Assembly: GCA_951406725.2 (NCBI GenBank) | Contig: OX597816.1 | Location: 44,330,001 to 44,394,000 of the forward strand | DNA: 64,000 nt | Origin: Octopus vulgaris | Lineage: Eukaryota | Reading direction: 5' to 3' | In this document: piece after piece, positions 57,442 to 64,000 of the stretch | Layout of the letters: each line of letters opens with the position of its first letter | How positions within the stretch are numbered: position 1 is the stretch's first letter | The notes under the pieces: generated by a model | What the model saw: the letters and a program-made list of their open reading frames with translations, nothing else | Told to the model about the DNA's origin: nothing | Database searches by the model: none | Position numbers and translations under genes: made by a program

Positions 57442-57600
57442 ATGTTTATTATTGGTACGCTGGAACATGTAACACACGGCCTAAGTACCAATCTTGAGAA
57501 ATTAAGCTTCTCAAAACCAGGAAGGAGAAAGCTGACTCGAAGACTACTGATTGAAACCATCACTGGAACTGTAGAAATCTGTGAAACTTTCAAGAAGTCT
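57442..57600 (+). mobile_element. RLE-type non-LTR C-terminal remnant
   Basis: IIGTLEHVTHGLSTNLEKL...LLIETITGTVEICETFK resembles the IIGALG...GT.KI C-terminus of R4/NeSL-type ORFs. Confidence 0.45.
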
Positions 57601-57748
57601 ATCATTGAAGTATATATGAGCATGTCTTGACATGCAACTATATGCATAAGAATACACACATAAAACAAAACACACAAATCTGTACATATACATACATACA
57701 TACATACATACATACATACATACATACATACATACCTCATACATATAT

Positions 57749-58130
57749 GGGCACAGGCGTGACTGTGTGTAAAATGTTTGCGTCCCAGCACATGATTCTG
57801 GCTTCTACTGTAGCCTCGGTCCGACCAAAGCCTTGTGGGTAGATTTGGTAGGCGAAAACTGAAAGAAGCCTGTCGTATGTATATACATATGTGAATGTAT
57901 GTATTTATGTTTGTGTGTCTTTGTGTCTGTGTTTGTCCCTTTACCATTGCTCCACAACCGATGCTGGCCTGTTTACGTCCCTTTAACCTAGCGGTTTGGC
58001 AACAGACACCGATAGAATAAGTACTAGGCTTATAAAAATAAGTCCTGGGGTAGATTTCTATCACTAAAACCCTTTAAGGCGGTGCTCCAGCAAGGCCGCA
58101 GTCAAATGACAGAACCCAGTAAAAGAGTAA
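57749..58130 (+). mobile_element. SINE family A, diverged, between (TACA)n arrays
   Basis: Head, body and tail recognisable. Confidence 0.85.
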
Positions 58131-59467
58131 TACATACATACGTACATACGTACGTACATACATAGATACATACATACATACATACATACATACATACATA
58201 CATACCGTACGTACGTACATACATACATACATACATACATACATACATACATACATACATACATACATACATACATACATACATACATACATACATACAT
58301 ACATACATACATACATACATACATACATACATAAAGCATTGAGTCTAACAAAAGACATAATCTCTTCTTTCGTGCGAAAGACAATCAGTGGGGTGAAAAA
58401 AGGGTATGCGAAAGTGCAAGGTGCTACAAAGGATGGTGATGATGAAACAGTTGAAGATGCCGCTTTCAGTAGTGCCAAAAAGCGCAATAAAACAGCGTAC
58501 AATAAAGCCAAGATAATTTCTCTAGAAACTCAGAAATATCAGAGAATTATTTGCATATATGGGAAGTAGATACTATGTACATTAACACACCCCAGCACAC
58601 ACCAGTACACATACACATCTCTGTCTGCATGCCTGTCTGTCTGACTATCTGTACGTACGTACGTATGTATATTTGTAGGAATGTACGTATGTATGTACGT
58701 AAGCATGTATGAATGAATTAATGTTGTCTCGCTTTTTAACTTCGAATAAATTTTGAACGTTCATTTGCTTGGTAGCAAGAATTTGAAAGGAATCATCTTG
58801 TTCTGTTCATAATTCTTTAAGTCCTAAGGTCTTACATATTTTTAGAGCCACAGATATCGTAACCATGCATAGAGTATGAATGTAGGAATCGCGTCATCTT
58901 CTCAAGATTCCAAGTTCAGCCATACTTTCCTCCAGACTGATAGGTATATCTATACTATAACGGAGAAAGATGTTTATTAATTACATATGTAACTATTAAT
59001 TAAAATTACTCAAAGAAAGCAATATTAGGAGCTTGACCGTCTGGAAAAAACTTGCCTATAATTTCGATTTCTGAAGTTTATTTAATTTTTTTATTCACTG
59101 CGTTCAATTCTTTTGCATTCACTGCGTACAATTCTTCATGAATTTAAATATTCATTGCATTCACTGCGGAGTAGATTATAATGTTGAATTATAAACACTA
59201 CTGATTCGTTGCAGTCAACATTTTACATTTTTATTTGCAACAATCCCTCATTCTCGCTCGCCTTTATTTTCAATAAGGATGATTCAATAATATATATACA
59301 ACTTTGATATGAGACAGAATTTCATGAAAACTTTTTAATATACAGGTATAATTTTTAAGTGATTTTGTGTTGAATGAATGCTTGCTATTACACAAAATAG
59401 CTATATAACTTTGATACGAGGCACAATTTCAAGAATATTATCAGTTTCCGAAGTTTGTTAAATCTCT

Positions 59468-59857
59468 CCCTTTTTATTCTTTTACTTGTTTCTGTCATTT
59501 GACTGCGGCCATGCTGGAGCACCGCCTCTAGTCGAGCAAATCGACCCCGGAACTTATTCTTTGTAAGCCCAATACTTATTCTATCGGTCTCTTTTGCCGA
59601 ACCGCTAAGTGACAGGGACGTAAACACACCAGCATCGGTTGTCAAGCAATGCTAGGGAGACAAACACAGATACACACATATATATACATATATAGGACAG
59701 GCTTCTTTCAGTTTCCTTCTACCAAATCCACTCACAAGGCATTGGTCGGCCCGGGGCTATAGCAGAAGACACTTGCCCAAGATGCCACGCAGTGGGACTG
59801 AACCCGGAACCATGTGGTTGGTTAGCAAGCTACTTACCACACAGCCACTCCTGCGCC
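59468..59857 (-). mobile_element. SINE family A, full-length
   Basis: Near-identical to 2605-3003. Confidence 0.9.
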
Positions 59858-59889
59858 TAAATGAATATTTTTGATAAAATGAAAATTAT

Positions 59890-60221
59890 TTATGGCGTAT
59901 ATTTGCCATTTAAATATGGCTAACCCCTAAGGGTGGATGCTACTGTAGTTTGTAGCCCCATGGGGTCACCTCCTCCAGCTGCCTATAGACACACTTTCTG
60001 TGTCCTCTCAGTATTTGCAAAAGGAAATCATCCTTCTCCGCTTCCCTTTGCAAATACTGATAGGGTACAGAAAGTGTGTCTATAGCCAGCTGGAGGAGGT
60101 GTCCTCCTGGGGCTACAAACTACAGTAGCATCTACCCTTAGTTGTTAGCCATATTTAAATGGCAAATATACGTCACGATGTGTTGCAGCTACTGTTTATA
60201 ACTCGCTCTAAGATTTATTAC
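59890..60221. mobile_element. Asymmetric foldback element, copy 2, with 10-bp TSD
   Basis: Arms of about 135 bp around a loop near 60030-60041, one-sided extension 60174-60221; TGAAAATTAT at 59880-59889 and 60222-60231. Confidence 0.8.
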
Positions 60222-60524
60222 TGAAAATTATCTAATATACCGGTATAATTTCTTTTTTATGAAGAAGTGATTTTGTTGGTATGGCTACTTGGAACTCTAT
60301 AAGCCAGCACGCTAAACAAGATAGTTTTTAACGAGTTTTCATTCATATATAATATGCGACTGAAAAAGAAAATTTAGCAGCAAAGGCACAACGGGCATAA
60401 CCAGGGCAAAGCGACTGAAACAGATGCCTGAATATGCACTGAGACGTAGACATGATTTTGTTTCCGCTATACATGACCGACCGGTTAGGGTATCTCGAGA
60501 GGAGTATATTCTACTTAAAAAATA

Positions 60525-61430
60525 ATGGTGTCAGATCAAATTGTTGATGCAACACTAAAGAGACCTTTTCTTTGCTATCATATGGAAGTAGTAGAGTTAG
60601 CAACCAATCTAAGACTTCTTACAGAATGTCATTCTCATGAAAGAGAGTTTGATAATTACCCTCCTAATGTAGGAAATGGTAACATTTCTGTTGAACAAAA
60701 CCTATGTGAATTCAAAACCAAACTACCCAATGACCTTTGACATGAAAGTCGTACTCTTTCAGATCTATATGATTTTGTATATGCTGACCTCAAAAATAAC
60801 TTCAAAAACCCTGTGTGACTTACAAATAGAACTATCATTACTTCAACAAATGAAGCAGCACAGTTTGTGAATGATTTTCTATTGACCAGGATCCCTGGTG
60901 AGCTAAAAATTTAGAGAAGTTCAGATACAGTTGATAAAGAATCTCTGTACCCAACTGACTTCATCAACAAACTTCATCAACTAACTTAGACCATCAGGGT
61001 TTGCACCACACATTCTCAAACTGAAGAAAAACGATGCATAATGCTTCTGAGAAATTTAGATGCTACTAATGGACATTGCAATGGTACACAACACATCATT
61101 GTCAGTTTACATGATCATTTTTATTGAGGTTGAAGTTGCTGAACTCTGCTAAACCCCAAAATACCACACGTATCTCAAGAAATGGAATTTCCATTCACAT
61201 TTACATGCAAACAATTTCCTGTCAAGCCAGCTTTTGCCTTGACGTGCAACAAGGCACAGGGACAAACTTTAGAACAAATTGAAATATGTCTTCCGACACA
61301 ATTCTTCTCATAAGGTCAACTGTATGTTGTATTATCTAGAGTTCGAAAGAAGGCTAATGTAAAAATATTGGATGAGAGAAATGGAAACAGTATGATTACT
61401 GACAATTGTGTTTACAAAGAGATACATATC
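60525..61430 (+). mobile_element. Decayed Helitron/PIF1 helicase C-terminal half
   Basis: IVDATLKRPFL, TNLRL, LYPTDFINKL, MLLRNLDATNGHCNGT, QFPVKPAFALTCNKAQGQTL, GQLYVVLSRV, NCVYKEI; many frameshifts and stops. Confidence 0.9.
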
Positions 61431-61434
61431 TGTC

Positions 61435-61740
61435 AATGCTGCTTAATGTTAAGCTCGGCGGGATTTGAGCTCAGAACACAAATACCCCCCGAACAATATG
61501 CTTTTTAACAATTTTCAGTAAATAAAATTAACACTTAAATTTTATGTAAAGTAACACATTTTTGTGGAATTAAATTGTTTTGGGCATATTTCAATTTAAA
61601 TATGCCTTTTTAAATTTGGGTATATTCGAAAAGGTAAGGAAACGTCATTCCAACGTGTTCTCACAGCACCAAACCATTGTGTGTGTGAGTGTGTATCGCT
61701 TCCTCCCTCCATCTATCTATCCATATATCTATCTATCTAC

Positions 61741-61824
<84 letters not shown>

Positions 61825-62874
61825 GCACACCTATGTAAGTTCTAGCAATTATTAATGTAATTTCTAGCAATCATTAATGAGAAATATATATATATAACAG
61901 ATTGAGTCTTTAAAAGAGAGAGATTATGACTGATAAATAATGAATGCAATATTTACTACGCAAGTGGGTACTAATATACAAAGAAAAAATTAGACGTAAA
62001 ATATCATAAAAATTATTAGAATTGGGAATCAAATGTGGAAATATCATCCAGAGTCCAGCAGAAAACCGCCCGGAGGACGGTCGTTCTGCTAGTGTATCTC
62101 TAATAATGTGTATTACTCTAATAATAAGTATGAAGCTAAAAGCTTATCTTGCGCAGTGGATGTACAAACTCTTTATCAATGTTCCATAGACTTTTCCAGA
62201 CTGTTCCGTCCGTTGCATCATACCCAATGAGAAAATAATATGTGGAAGACATTCTCTTGGCAATAATGTGGTTGATGTCTTCAATCTCAGCTTTGTACAG
62301 CTATATTTCTTGCTAAATTTTTTCTACCTTTTTATGCTGTAGGTATTTGGTGGGGATCTCTTGTTCCTGAATTGCATGGAGGTACCCTTCGAAGATGGAT
62401 GTCTTAAACTTATAAGTACTCCATACCATGCTTTTCTCATGATCAATTCTTTCTATGGTTTGCGTTTTTATAAGAAGTACCTATGTATTATCTTCTCAGT
62501 AAAATGGTCCATTTCCTTATTTTGTTATTTTTAGAAACAGATGTATGTATGTATTATATGCATACATACACCAATACCTATCTATATATAGGTACATATA
62601 GGACGAAGTGAAACGATATTTATACACACTCATACACACGTACACACACAGAGCACACATATAAATACACCTACGTGCAGGCGCAGGTAAACATGAAGAA
62701 ATATATGTATAAAACTATAAGAAACTGTGTATGAGTTTAGGTTTTAAAAACGAATAGATAAATAAAAAGCAATAAACAGGAGAAATAAACTAAATGCAAG
62801 TGAAATATAGGAATAAAACATAAGCATAGGTTACTATATACATTTACGCATACATACATATAAATGCGTATGCA

Positions 62875-62922
<48 letters not shown>

Positions 62923-63010
62923 CATAAACGCACTCACGCGTCAGATACACGCACGCATATTTACTTATATGTACATAGACATAGATATGCTTACACAGAT
63001 GTGTGCTTGT

Positions 63011-63098
<88 letters not shown>

Positions 63099-63631
63099 GA
63101 ATAACGGGTAGTAGATATATGAATCCAGAAATACAGACAGGCATATATACACATACAACAATATGATGTGCTTTATATGCAAGACAAATAACGAATATTA
63201 GAATTCTATATAGTTTACTGCATTAAACTGCTAAAATCATATGTATGAATGCATAAGCGAGCGTGTACATTGTTACATCTGCTGCGAATATAGGCAATAA
63301 TATCTGAAGAGAGCGAAATATATTAGAAGTAATAAAATGAAGCGTCATCAGTGATATAATCACTTCTACAGCTGCTTCAGTAATTCTTGCGGCACAGAAA
63401 TTTAGATAGAATAAGAAACATGTCTTCATGGTATAATTTCCAGATAAATTATAACGAATATTTCTCTATGGATATTGTTCTGTGCAGAAATGATTAACGA
63501 TTATTACCTAATAGAATGTTGTAAGAATGATTGAAAGAGCAGTAAAAATGAATATATTGAGATGCATCTAATGCTGCTTAATGTTAAGCTCGACGGGATT
63601 TGAGCTCAGAACACAAATACCCCCCGAACAA
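61435..63631 (+). repeat. 62-bp direct repeat pair (61435-61496 and 63570-63631)
   Basis: AATGCTGCTTAATGTTAAGCTCG(G/A)CGGGATTTGAGCTCAGAACACAAATACCCCCCGAACAA, one mismatch. Confidence 0.9.
62170..62500 (-). mobile_element. RLE-type non-LTR remnant (region around the zinc knuckle)
   Basis: FEGYLHAIQEQEIPTKYLQHKR...AEIEDINHIIA...MSSTYY resembles the AIQEQ/CCHC region of R4/Dong-like ORFs. Confidence 0.6.
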
Positions 63632-63931
63632 ATATTGGAAATCATAAGCAGCGAAACAGTAAAAATTTGCATTGACATTTCTGAAGCGCAATACGTGGTT
63701 TTTCTATTTTCACCATCTATATTTCAGCTATGGAGTTTAGTGTCTTTGTTAAAAACGAGCTCGTTCATTACAGGAAGGTAATACATAATTAAAAATTGAT
63801 GAGAAATCGCATATATACATATGTGTGTGAGTATGTGTTTTTATGAGTGCGCGTGTGTGTGTATGTGTGTGTGTGCGTGTGTGTGCATGTGTGTGTATGC
63901 GTGTGTGTGTGTGCGAACGCGTGTGTATGTG

Positions 63932-63975
<44 letters not shown>

Positions 63976-64000
63976 CGTGTGTGTGCGTGTGTGTGTGTGT

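Larger units (their letters stand above)
59090..60336 (-). repeat. Paralog of 44145-44580 carrying two nested insertions
   Basis: Similarity breaks at SINE A (59468-59857) and at the foldback element (59890-60221) and resumes after each. Confidence 0.8.

Overview
Eukaryotic, AT-rich, non-coding DNA saturated with repeats. The SINE families and the extreme (TA)n/(CA)n/(GATA)n/(AAT)n load suggest an octopod cephalopod genome; this is an inference and is not database-checked. No intact host gene is recognisable, and nearly all long ORFs in the track are microsatellite artefacts. Supported content: four tRNA-headed SINE families (called A-D here); a frameshifted Helitron Rep/Hel (6227-8455), a second Helitron PIF1 remnant and short non-autonomous Helitrons; Tc1/mariner remnants and a MITE; LINE remnants of CR1-like, Tx1/L1-like and R4/Dong-like type; Penelope-like remnants; an LTR+PBS remnant; and a 65-bp satellite. 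The most notable observations are: (1) a nearly canonical type I hammerhead ribozyme fold at 39651-39701; (2) SINE B repeatedly joined into its own head at one fixed position, building tandem arrays; (3) an asymmetric giant-hairpin mobile element with a 10-bp TSD and a paralogous empty site in the same window; (4) a 3' tail shared by SINE A and a CR1-like LINE; (5) LINE remnants sitting in GATA and TAA microsatellite arrays. Coordinates were read by eye and may be off by a few bases.
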